NCBI GenBank assembly: GCA_963792965.1
Contig: CAWBYW010000013.1
Coordinates: 96,001 to 160,000 of the forward strand
Direction: 5' to 3'
Origin: an uncultured delta proteobacterium
GTDB lineage: Bacteria > Desulfobacterota > Zymogenia > Zymogenales > Zymogenaceae
Length of the DNA stretch: 64,000 bases
Part shown: positions 52,574 to 62,279 of the stretch, piece after piece
How the letters are laid out: every line of letters begins with the position of its first letter
Numbering within the stretch: the first letter of the stretch is position 1
Program-made: the position numbers and the translations under genes
Notes under the pieces: generated by a model
Seen by the model: only the letters and a program-made list of their open reading frames with translations
Told to the model about the DNA's origin: nothing
Database searches by the model: none

Positions 52574-54508
52574 ATGACATCGATCATCGAGGGTCGTGGA
52601 GGCGGCCGTTACCTCTTGATGGGCAACGAGGCGATCGCACGGGGGGCCCTGGAGGCCGGCGTAACCGTTGCCGCGGGGTATCCCGGTACCCCATCGTCTG
52701 AGATCATTGAGAACCTCGCCCGGGTCTCGGAAGAGCTTGGGCTCTACGTGGAGTGGTCGGCCAACGAAAAGGTGGCCATGGAGGTATCGGCGGCCGCATC
52801 GTTCGCGGGTCTGAGGTCGCTGGTGGCCATGAAACAGAACGGGGTAAACGTCGCCTCCGATTTTTTGTTGCACCTTGCCCTTTCGGGGACTAGGGGTGGG
52901 ATGGTGCTTATCCCCTGCGACGACCCCGGGGCGATATCAAGCATCAATGAAGGAGAGGCGCGCCAATTCGCGCGGCTTGTTGAAATACCGCTGTTGGAGC
53001 CGGGAGATTTCCAGGAGGCCAAGGATATGGTGAAGTGGGCCTTCGAGCTTTCCGAGGAGCTCAGAAGCCCCGTGATGGTCCGGAGCGTCACACGGCTTTC
53101 CCACGCCAGCGGCACCGTCAACCTGGGAGAACTGCACGAAACAAGGAGAACAGCCCGTTTTAGATATAGCGGGAACCTCTTTGACCCGATGGAGGGGCCG
53201 GTTATCCCCGCCCCGGTAGACCTCAAACACGGAAGGCAGCACGAGAAATTGAGACGGGCCGTGGAGCTTTTCGAGACGTCTCCCTTCAATACGTATATCG
53301 GGCCCAGTGGGCCCGAACTCCTCATCATCACCAGCTCCGTATGCCATCTCTACGCTAAGATGGCGATATACCTTTTGGGATTGGAAGATCGGGTTGGGGT
53401 TCTGAAGCTCGGGACCACGTGGCCCCTCCCCGCGCGGCTGGTGGAAGGATACATGGGAAACTCGGATAAGATCCTCGTCATCGAGGAGGTAATTCCGTTC
53501 CTGGAAGAAAACGTCAAAATCATTTATGCGGAGGTTGCCTCCCGTCTGGGCACCAAGACCTTTTACGGCAAGCGGGACGGAACGCTTCCGATGACAGGCG
53601 AGCTGAACCCCGACCTCGTGACTGCGGCCCTGGCAAAGATCATGGGCGTAACATATGAGGCCGTCGATCCTCAATACGCGGCGCGGGCAATGGAAGTCTC
53701 GATTACCGGCGCCCCCTACCGGGAGCTGACCTTCTGCCCGGGATGCCCCCACCGGGCCTCGTTCTGGTCGATTGCCACGGTACTGAAGACGGACGGCCGC
53801 GATGGGTTCGTCTGCGGGGATATTGGATGCTATACGATGGCCGTCCTGCCTACCGGCTTTTCAGCCCTCAAGACACTGCACTCGATGGGGTCCGGCACCG
53901 GGATCGCCAGCGGATTCGGGAAGCTGAGGGAGTTCGGGATGGTCCAGCCGGTTTTATCGGTCTGCGGCGATTCGACCTTTTTTGCCTCGGCGCTGCCGGC
54001 GCTCTTCAACGCGGTGCACCACAAGTCGGACATCACGATGGTGGTATTGGACAACAGCGGCACGGCGATGACGGGATTTCAGCCGCACCCGGGGCTCACG
54101 GTGGATGCGACGGGACACGAGGCTTTGGGCATAGACATTGCCAGCGTTTGCCGCTCGATCGGGGCAAAGGTGGCGGTAGCCGACCCGTTTGATATTGCGG
54201 GCACGCAGGAGACGCTCCTGGGTCTTCTGGGGGAGGGCGGGGTCAAGGTCTTGGTATTGAAGCAGAGCTGCAGCCTCTCTCCCGAGAAGAAGGGCAAGAA
54301 GCTCTACGAGATGTCGGTGGACGGCGGCGTCTGTCTCGGGGAGAAGTGCGGGTGCAACCGGCTCTGCACGCGTATCTTTCGGTGTCCGGGGCTGGTGTGG
54401 GACAAGGAGGAAAAGATAGCGCGGATTGACGAGGTGATCTGCACGGGATGCGGGGTGTGCGAGTCGATCTGTCCTTCCGGGGCGATCGGAAAGAAGGAGG
54501 CAGTCTGA
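52574..54508 (+). CDS. iorA: Indolepyruvate:ferredoxin oxidoreductase-type alpha subunit, copy 1
   Basis: GNEAIARGA, YPGTPSSEI, NEKVA, FCPGCPHR, GDIGCY, GDSTF...DN..TAMTG.Q, CTGCGVCESICP. Confidence 0.93.
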   Translation: MTSIIEGRGGGRYLLMGNEAIARGALEAGVTVAAGYPGTPSSEIIENLARVSEELGLYVEWSANEKVAMEVSAAASFAGLRSLVAMKQNGVNVASDFLLHLALSGTRGGMVLIPCDDPGAISSINEGEARQFARLVEIPLLEPGDFQEAKDMVKWAFELSEELRSPVMVRSVTRLSHASGTVNLGELHETRRTARFRYSGNLFDPMEGPVIPAPVDLKHGRQHEKLRRAVELFETSPFNTYIGPSGPELLIITSSVCHLYAKMAIYLLGLEDRVGVLKLGTTWPLPARLVEGYMGNSDKILVIEEVIPFLEENVKIIYAEVASRLGTKTFYGKRDGTLPMTGELNPDLVTAALAKIMGVTYEAVDPQYAARAMEVSITGAPYRELTFCPGCPHRASFWSIATVLKTDGRDGFVCGDIGCYTMAVLPTGFSALKTLHSMGSGTGIASGFGKLREFGMVQPVLSVCGDSTFFASALPALFNAVHHKSDITMVVLDNSGTAMTGFQPHPGLTVDATGHEALGIDIASVCRSIGAKVAVADPFDIAGTQETLLGLLGEGGVKVLVLKQSCSLSPEKKGKKLYEMSVDGGVCLGEKCGCNRLCTRIFRCPGLVWDKEEKIARIDEVICTGCGVCESICPSGAIGKKEAV

Positions 54509-54511
54509 AGT

Positions 54512-55134
54512 ATGGAAAAGAAAGGACTCGCGTCAGATCCGTACAACATCATCATCACGGGTGTGGGGGGACAGGGCAACGTCATGGCCTCGCGGATCCT
54601 CGGGAACATGCTCTCGCTTAAAGGATTTATCGTTACCATCGGGGAAACCTTCGGCGGATCGCAGCGGGGCGGCTCGGTCATGAGCCATCTCTCTATCTCA
54701 GATACGTCGGTACTTTCCCCCCTTATTCCGAAGGGGAAGGCGCACCTGGTGGTATCGCTGGAGCCGACGGAGGGGATACGGGTATTGAAGGATTACGGGA
54801 ACCCGGATGTCGTGATGCTCTCCAACACGCGGCCGATCCACCCGGTGGGGGTGATTGCGGGCGACCTCGACTATCCGCCTATCGAACGAGATCAAAGGAG
54901 TGGGCGGATGAGCTGACGGCGCGGGCCTGGTTCATCGATGCGACGGACCGGGCGATGGAGATGGGCAGCCCCATATTGGGTAACGTCATGATGATCGGGG
55001 CGCTGTGCGGCGTTGAGGTGCTGCCGGTCGGTCGTGATGAGTTCGAGAAGGTCATATCACAGGGCATGAAACCGGAAAAGATCAGGATCAACCTTGCCGC
55101 CTTTGACCTGGGACAAAGCCTGGTCAGCCGATGA
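54512..55134 (+). CDS. iorB: IOR beta subunit, copy 1; frameshift at ~54888-54895
   Basis: GVGGQG, QRGGSVMSH. Two extra A bases relative to copy 2; the downstream frame continues EWADELTARAW...NVMMIG to TGA at 55134. Confidence 0.88.
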
Positions 55135-55201
55135 GGGTATGAAAGCGGGCCGGCCGAGCGCGTCTATTAGTACGGGTCTTCTTGGCTAAGGAGTAAAGAA
55201 G

Positions 55202-57133
55202 GTGTCGATCATCGAGGGTCGTGGAGGCGGCCGTTACCTCTTGATGGGCAACGAGGCGATCGCCCGTGGGGCACTGGAGGCCGGGGTAGCTGTTGCCGCC
55301 GGATATCCGGGTACCCCATCGTCGGAGATCATCGAGAATCTGGCTAAGGTCTCCGAGGAGCTCGGGCTCTACGTGGAGTGGTCAGCCAACGAGAAGGTGG
55401 CCATGGAGGTATCGGCAGCCGCGTCGTTCGCGGGCCTGAGATCGCTGGTGGCCATGAAGCAAAACGGCGTGGGCGTTGCCTCGGATTTTCTGCTGCATCT
55501 TGCCCTTTCGGGGACGCGGGGGGGCATGGTGTTAATCCCCTGCGATGACCCCGGGGCGATATCGAGCATCAATGAGACAGAGACGCGCTACTTTGCGCGC
55601 CTCGTGGAGATACCGATCCTGGAGCCCGGAGATTTCCAGGAGGCCAAGGATATGGTGAAGTGGGCCTTCGAACTTTCCGAGGAGCTAAAAAGTATCGTGA
55701 TGGTTCGGAGCGTCACCCGGCTCTCCCACGCCAGCGGCATCGTCGGCTTCGGAGAGCTCTCGGAAGCAAAGAGGGAGGCCTGTTTTCGCTGTGGAGGAAA
55801 TCTATTCGACCCGATTGAGGGCCCAATCCTACCGGTCCCCGTGGATCTAAAACACAGCCAGCAGCAACAGAAGCTCACGAGGGCCGCCAAGCTCTTTGAG
55901 GATTCTCCCTTTAATACCTACACCGGTCCGGATAACCCCCGGCTTCTCATCATCGCCAGCTCAATCTGCCAGCTTTACGCCCGCGAGGCGATCGATTTGC
56001 TGGGGCTTGGCGGTGAGGTTGGGCTGCTGAAACTGGGGACCACGTGGCCCCTGCCACCGCGGCTTATAGAACGATATCTTTCCTCAACAGATAAGATATT
56101 GATCGTCGATGAAGTGCTGCCGTTCCTCGAGGAGAACATCAAGGTACTTGCGTTGGAGCTCGCCCCACGGATCGGCCTTAAGACCTTTTACGGCAAGCGG
56201 GACGGAACGCTTCCGATGACAGGCGAGCTGAACCCCGACCTCGTGACTGCGGCCCTGGCAAAGATCATGGGCGTAACATATGAGGCCGTCGATCCTCAAT
56301 ACGCGGCGCGGGCAATGGAAGTCTCGATTACCGGCGCTCCCTACCGGGAGCTGACCTTCTGCCCGGGATGCCCCCACCGGGCCTCGTTCTGGTCGATTGC
56401 CACGGTACTGAAGACGGACGGCCGCGATGGGTTCGTCTGCGGGGATATTGGATGCTACGGCATGGCAATACTCCCGTGCGGCTTCTCGGTATCAAAGACG
56501 GTCCACGCCATGGGGTCCGGCACGGGGATCGCCAGCGGATTCGGGAAGCTGAGGGAGTTCGGGATGGTCCAGCCGGTTTTATCGGTCTGCGGCGATTCGA
56601 CCTTTTTTGCCTCGGCGCTGCCGGCGCTCTTCAACGCGGTGCACCACAAGTCGGACATCACGATGGTGGTATTGGACAACAGCGGCACGGCGATGACGGG
56701 ATTTCAGCCGCACCCGGGGCTCACGGTGGATGCGACGGGACACGAGGCTTTGGGCATAGACATTGCCAATGTCTGCCGCTCGATCGGGGCAAAGGTGGCG
56801 GTAGCCGACCCGTTTGATATTGCGGGCACGCAGGAGACGCTCCTGGGTCTTCTGGGGGAGGGCGGGGTCAAGGTCTTGGTACTGAAGCAGAGCTGCAGCC
56901 TCTCTCCCGAGAAGAAGGGCAAGAAGCTCTACGAGATGTCGGTGGACGGCGACGTCTGTCTCGGGGAGAAGTGCGGGTGCAACCGGCTCTGCACGCGTAT
57001 CTTTCGGTGTCCGGGGCTGGTGTGGGACAAGGAGGAAAAGATAGCGCGGATTGACGAGGTGATCTGCACGGGATGCGGGGTGTGCGAGTCGATCTGTCCT
57101 TCCGGGGCGATCGGAAAGAAGGAGGCAGTCTGA
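55202..57133 (+). CDS. iorA: IOR alpha subunit, copy 2
   Basis: Same motifs as copy 1; GTG start after GGAG. Confidence 0.93.
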   Translation: MSIIEGRGGGRYLLMGNEAIARGALEAGVAVAAGYPGTPSSEIIENLAKVSEELGLYVEWSANEKVAMEVSAAASFAGLRSLVAMKQNGVGVASDFLLHLALSGTRGGMVLIPCDDPGAISSINETETRYFARLVEIPILEPGDFQEAKDMVKWAFELSEELKSIVMVRSVTRLSHASGIVGFGELSEAKREACFRCGGNLFDPIEGPILPVPVDLKHSQQQQKLTRAAKLFEDSPFNTYTGPDNPRLLIIASSICQLYAREAIDLLGLGGEVGLLKLGTTWPLPPRLIERYLSSTDKILIVDEVLPFLEENIKVLALELAPRIGLKTFYGKRDGTLPMTGELNPDLVTAALAKIMGVTYEAVDPQYAARAMEVSITGAPYRELTFCPGCPHRASFWSIATVLKTDGRDGFVCGDIGCYGMAILPCGFSVSKTVHAMGSGTGIASGFGKLREFGMVQPVLSVCGDSTFFASALPALFNAVHHKSDITMVVLDNSGTAMTGFQPHPGLTVDATGHEALGIDIANVCRSIGAKVAVADPFDIAGTQETLLGLLGEGGVKVLVLKQSCSLSPEKKGKKLYEMSVDGDVCLGEKCGCNRLCTRIFRCPGLVWDKEEKIARIDEVICTGCGVCESICPSGAIGKKEAV

Positions 57134-57136
57134 AGT

Positions 57137-57760
57137 ATGGAAAAGAAAGGACTCGCGTCAGATCCGTACAACATCATCATCACGGGTGTGGGGGGACAGG
57201 GCAACGTCATGGCCTCGCGGATCCTCGGGAACATGCTCTCGCTCAAAGGATTTATCGTTACCATCGGGGAATCGTTTGGGGCTACCCAGCGGGGCGGCTC
57301 GGTGATGAGCCACATGAGGGTGTCTACAAAACGATCCTTTTCCCCCCTTATTCCGAAGGGGAAGGCGCACCTGGTGGTATCGCTGGAGCCGACGGAGGGG
57401 ATACGGGTATTGAAGGATTATGGGAACCCGGATGTCGTGATGCTCTCCAACACGCGGCCGATCCACCCGGTGGGGGTAATTGCAGGGGACCTCGACTATC
57501 CGCCTATCGAACGGATCAAGGAGTGGGCGGATGAATTGACGGCGCGGGCTTGGTTCATCTATGCAACGGACCGGGCGATGGAGATGGGCAACCCCATACT
57601 GGGGAACGTCATGATGATCGGGGCGTTGTGCGGGATAGACGTGTTGCCGGTGGGCCGGGAACAGTTCGAGGCCGTCATATCGCAGGGCGTGCCGCCCAAA
57701 AAGGTGAGGCCGAATCTCGATGCGTTTGACTGCGGAATGAAGATGATCCATCAAGGATGA
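57137..57760 (+). CDS. iorB: IOR beta subunit, copy 2
   Basis: GVGGQG, QRGGSVMSH, NVMMIG. Confidence 0.92.
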   Translation: MEKKGLASDPYNIIITGVGGQGNVMASRILGNMLSLKGFIVTIGESFGATQRGGSVMSHMRVSTKRSFSPLIPKGKAHLVVSLEPTEGIRVLKDYGNPDVVMLSNTRPIHPVGVIAGDLDYPPIERIKEWADELTARAWFIYATDRAMEMGNPILGNVMMIGALCGIDVLPVGREQFEAVISQGVPPKKVRPNLDAFDCGMKMIHQG

Positions 57761-57870
57761 CCAATGCGAGCTCTCCCCTCAACGAGGAGGGGCAGTGCCA
57801 AAGTGTGGCCACCTCGTAATGTCTAACAGTTCACTATATATATCCTGACCTACCAGTCGAGGGGAATACG

Positions 57871-59521
57871 ATGAAGAAACCAAAAAGCCAGCCGATTTTT
57901 GATGAGAAAGACTTCCCGGTAAGCCTTGCCCGGCTTGCCATCATGAGCGGCACGGGAGCGGATATCGATGAGCTCAAGGAAAAGCCGATCATCGCCGTGG
58001 TGAACTCTCACACCGAGTTCAACCCCGGGCACATGCACTTGAACCTTCTGGCGCAGCGGGTTAAGGAAGGTGTGCATGCCGCGGGAGGTATCCCCTTTGA
58101 ATTCAATGTCCCCGCGCCCTGCGACGGGTTTTCGGAGGGAAATGAGGGGATGCGCTTTGTCCTCCCCCAGCGGGAGCTGATCGCCGATATCGTGGAGACA
58201 CACGTGCGCAGCATGCTCTACGACGGGATGGTTATGATCGCAAGCTGCGACAAGATCATCCCCGGGATGATTATGGCCGCGGCGCGGCTGGACCTTCCAA
58301 CCGTATTCCTGACGGGCGGCCCAGGCGAATTCCAGATCCGGTATAAGCCGGTAATGAAAAAAGTCGGGAGCATCAATAATAAGGACTACCCTGACCTTGT
58401 CGATAAGATCGCGACGGTCACGTGCGCGACGTGCGGGTCGTGCGAGCTCATGGGTACCGCCAATACGTTCCAGTGTCTTGTGGAGGCCATGGGGTTGACC
58501 ATCCCCGGATCGGCGAGCGTCCCGGCCTATCACACGGATAAGCTCCGCTTCGCGCGAAAAGCGGGCAAACGCATCGTCGAGATGATCACGGAAGGGCTGA
58601 GTGCAAGAAAGATTCTCACGAAAAAGGCGCTCATCAACGCGCTGATTGTGGATCTCGCAATTGGCGGCTCTACCAACACGACGCTGCATCTCCCGGCGAT
58701 CGCCCACCAACTGGGGATCGATTTCCCCCTGTCCACCTTTAACGACTATAACAAGAAGATCCCGACGCTCTGCGGTTTTGTGCCCAGCGGTCCACACGGG
58801 GTCCAGGATTTGTATCGGGCCGGCGGAGTTCCCGCGGTAATGAAGGTTCTTCAGGACTTTCTCTTCCTGGATGCGTTAACGGTGGCCGGAAAGACCATCG
58901 CCGATGTGGTCCGGGAGGCGCAGGTCCTGGACGATACCGTTGTCCAGGATCTGAAAAAGCCGTTCTTCCCCGAGGGAGGCACGGTGATTCTTTAGGGAAA
59001 CCTCGCGCCCGAGGGCGCTGTCGTCAAACAGTCGGCGGTCGAGCCCGATATGCGGACCTTCACAGGCAAGGCGCTGGTCTTCGAATCGGAATCGGACTGT
59101 CTTGCCGCTATCAGAGAGAAAAAGATCATGTCGGGCAGTGTATGCATTATACGAAATGAGGGGCCGAAGGGGGGACCGGGGATGCCCGAGACGCTGGCGG
59201 TAACGATTGGACTTGCCCTTTCGGGCGTGCAGCGCGTTGCCCTTGTTACCGATGGGAGGTTTTCGGGGGCAAGCTCCGGGCCCTGTATCGGGCATGTCTC
59301 GCCGGAGGCGGCCGACCGGCGGGCCGATCGCAGCCGTAAGGGACGGTGATGAGATCGTCATCGACATTCCTGGCAGAAAACTTGAGGTGAAGCTTACCGA
59401 CCAAGAGATCCAAACGCGTCTCAAACACTACAATCCGCCCGCTCGGGAGATCCCTTCCGGGTTTATGCGCCGGTACGTGAAGCTGGTGAGCTCCGCGGCG
59501 AAGGGGGCGGTGCTCGAGTAA
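57871..59521 (+). CDS. IlvD/Edd-family dihydroxy-acid dehydratase; in-frame TAG at 58993-58995 and frameshift near 59316
   Basis: [67 protein letters not shown], then GGPIA..RDGD in the next frame. Confidence 0.88.
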
Positions 59522-59611
59522 GCGAGCAGGTAAGCGTCATGAGATGTCCTGTGCGTCAAAACTGTAGACTGACCCTGAGGCTGCCCTTGGCTCTATAGGA
59601 AAGGATACGTC

Positions 59612-60838
59612 ATGAAAGTGAAATTGCCAGAGCTCCTGTGGTACGAGAACAGCACCCTGGAAATCGACTTTCCCGAAGAGTGGAACGTGGAAGTATGCCC
59701 GATGCGCGGCGCAGACACAAAAGCGATGAACATCAAGGAGATCGATGACGCGATCAATCGCCCTATCGGATCACCGACGATAAAGGAGTTGGCACGAAAC
59801 AAGCACACGGCCGTTATCATCTTCGATGATATCACCCGCCCCACCCGGGTATATGAGATCGCCCCGATCGTCATTCGGGAGCTCGTAGCGGGGGGCATCA
59901 AGGAAGACGACATCACGTTTGTGTGCGCGCTGGGTAACCACGGCGCCCACACCAACCATGAGTTCAGAAAAAAGCTGGGCGCCGATATCCTGGAGCGGTT
60001 TCGTGTCTTTAACCATAACGCCTACGAGCACTGCGAATATGTCGGCACGACCTCGCTCGGCACGAAACTCCTGATAAACAGGGAGGTTGCCCAGGCAGAT
60101 GTCAAGATTGGTATCGGCTGCCTCACCCCCCATCCCCAGACCGGCTTTTCCGGCGGGGGAAAGATAATCCTTCCCGGGGTATCCCACTATGACAGTTCCT
60201 CGCACTATCATATTGAGGTCTACGCACAGAACCCGGCAAGCACCGGGCTTGGCAACTTCGATGGAAACATCATGCGAATAAATATCGAGGAGGCGGCGCG
60301 CCTGGCGGGGCTAGATTTCAAGATCGATGTCTTTGTCAACTATCGCGGCCAGACGACGGCCGTATTCGCAGGGGATGTCGTCGAGGCGTACCGAGCGGCA
60401 ATTCCAACGGCAAAGGACTACTACGCCACGGACCCACGGCCGCGCAACAAGGACCTCATGGTCACCAACGCCTACGTCAAGGCTAACGAGATGCCGATTG
60501 CGATCCTCTGCGGCGGCCTTGCCCTCGAAAACTTCACCGGCACCGTGGTGGTTATCGCCAACGCACCGGAGGGGCAGGTGACGCACTACCTGTTGAGGAC
60601 GTTTGGGAGAAATTACGGCGGCCGCCAGTACCCGGTGGGAACGGTCCCGCCTTCTCTCAGGGTGATCCTCATTGCCCCCTCGATAGACAGGAACTTCTGC
60701 GACTGGATGAAAAACCCCGAGGTGATCACGTGGAAGAGGAGCTGGACAGATGCGTTGCCTCTCCTGAAGGAATCCTTCGGTCCGGGGACGCGGGTGGGCG
60801 TTATCCCCGATGCGACCATGCAGTACTATGATTCATAG
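59612..60838 (+). CDS. LarA-family (nickel-pincer-dependent) 2-hydroxy-acid racemase/epimerase
   Basis: PIGSP, DDITRPT, ALGNH, NHN, GTTSLGT, PHPQTGFSGGGKIILPG. Confidence 0.88.
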   Translation: MKVKLPELLWYENSTLEIDFPEEWNVEVCPMRGADTKAMNIKEIDDAINRPIGSPTIKELARNKHTAVIIFDDITRPTRVYEIAPIVIRELVAGGIKEDDITFVCALGNHGAHTNHEFRKKLGADILERFRVFNHNAYEHCEYVGTTSLGTKLLINREVAQADVKIGIGCLTPHPQTGFSGGGKIILPGVSHYDSSSHYHIEVYAQNPASTGLGNFDGNIMRINIEEAARLAGLDFKIDVFVNYRGQTTAVFAGDVVEAYRAAIPTAKDYYATDPRPRNKDLMVTNAYVKANEMPIAILCGGLALENFTGTVVVIANAPEGQVTHYLLRTFGRNYGGRQYPVGTVPPSLRVILIAPSIDRNFCDWMKNPEVITWKRSWTDALPLLKESFGPGTRVGVIPDATMQYYDS

Positions 60839-60977
60839 GAGATCAGACGCTACCCGAGAAAGAGACCATATATCGGGCGTCTGTAACCAAAAAGAGGGTT
60901 TGGCCGTAAGATGCCGAGCGTCTTGATACCCGTTCTCTTTTATCTAAACAGTATCAGTCGTGTTCATGAGGTGAGCC

Positions 60978-62183
60978 ATGAAGTCCATCTATTTTGACGT
61001 GAATATCCCAAAAATTCTCGCAACCAAAGCCCTGGCAGGGCTCTTGCCCTTCGTCTACTACAGCCCACTCTCGCCGGTCGGGTTCGGGAATATCCCCGAG
61101 CAGAAACTCCCCGGTAAGAACTGGGTGCGGGTGCAATCACTAATGACAGGGATCTGCGGTGCCGACATCGCGATGTTTTTCGTCAAGGCAAGTCCCGGGA
61201 TTTCGATCGCGGCGCTTCCCGGCGTACCGCGGGCTTTCATGGGGCATGAGGTGGTGGGAAGGGTGGTTGAAAAAGGGCAGGAGGTTACCGGTCTGGCGCT
61301 GGGGGACCGGGTAATCCTCGAACGCTACCTGCCGTGCTGCTCGACCAAGGAGATCGACCCACTCTGCGGCCCGTGCAAAGAGGGTAACTACACCCTCTGC
61401 GAGAACTTTTCGGAGGGGACCTTGCCGCCCAACCTCGGCGCCGGGTTCTCTGAGCATTTTCTGGCGCATAAGACCCAACTCGTCAAGGTCCCCAACGATA
61501 TCACGGACGACCAGGCGGTACTTATCGAGCCGACGGCCGTCTCCCTTCACGCAGTCCTCAGCCGGCCGCCCAAGAAGGGCGAGAAGGTCCTCGTGATCGG
61601 GGCCGGGACCATAGGGCTCGGGGTCATCCAGATCGCCAAGGCGCTGGGCACGGGCTTTACCCTGTACGCCCTCGAGAAGATCCCCTTCAAGAAAAGGCTC
61701 GCCAAGAAATACGGCGCCGACAAGATCCTCGAGGGAGACCCCTACGAGGCCATGGCCAAGGCAACCGGCGCAAAACTCTACCGCGGGCCGCTCGGCAACA
61801 ACACGACGCTGGGAGGGTTCGACCTGATCTATGACTGCGTCGGATATTCCGCCACAATCCACGACTCGCTCCGATGGCTCAAGGCGCAGGGTGATTACGT
61901 AATGATAGGAAACCAGCTCTCCCCGGTATCCTTCGACCAGACCCCCGTCTGGCAGCAGGAGCTGAGGATAAGGGGGATCAATGCCCACGGCTCGGAGACC
62001 TATGGCGGCAAAAAGACGAGTTCCTTTTCGGTGGCCATTGACCTGATCAGAAAAAAGAAGATCAGGGTCGACGGCCTGATAACCCATCGGTTCCCCTTTG
62101 CTGACTATAAGAAGGCCTTCAAGCTTGCCAAGGAGAAATCGGGCGACGTGATAAAGGTCGTGCTGAAGATATCGGAGGCCTAA
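60978..62183 (+). CDS. Zinc-dependent medium-chain alcohol dehydrogenase
   Basis: GICGAD, GHE, structural-Zn cysteines, IEP, GAGTIG, ITHRFP. Confidence 0.9.
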   Translation: MKSIYFDVNIPKILATKALAGLLPFVYYSPLSPVGFGNIPEQKLPGKNWVRVQSLMTGICGADIAMFFVKASPGISIAALPGVPRAFMGHEVVGRVVEKGQEVTGLALGDRVILERYLPCCSTKEIDPLCGPCKEGNYTLCENFSEGTLPPNLGAGFSEHFLAHKTQLVKVPNDITDDQAVLIEPTAVSLHAVLSRPPKKGEKVLVIGAGTIGLGVIQIAKALGTGFTLYALEKIPFKKRLAKKYGADKILEGDPYEAMAKATGAKLYRGPLGNNTTLGGFDLIYDCVGYSATIHDSLRWLKAQGDYVMIGNQLSPVSFDQTPVWQQELRIRGINAHGSETYGGKKTSSFSVAIDLIRKKKIRVDGLITHRFPFADYKKAFKLAKEKSGDVIKVVLKISEA

Positions 62184-62279
62184 ATTGCCGACGTGGCCGA
62201 CGTGCCGCACACAAACAAGAGAGCGTCGGGGCGGCGGTCGTGACAGGCACGAAGCTCGCAGAAGCCGGGAGGAATCACA

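Larger units (their letters stand above)
53555..57560 (+). repeat. Near-identical direct-repeat blocks between the two iorAB units (~53555-54935 versus ~56180-57560, offset ~2625)
   Basis: Direct reading shows long identical stretches interrupted by two short divergent patches. Confidence 0.9.
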
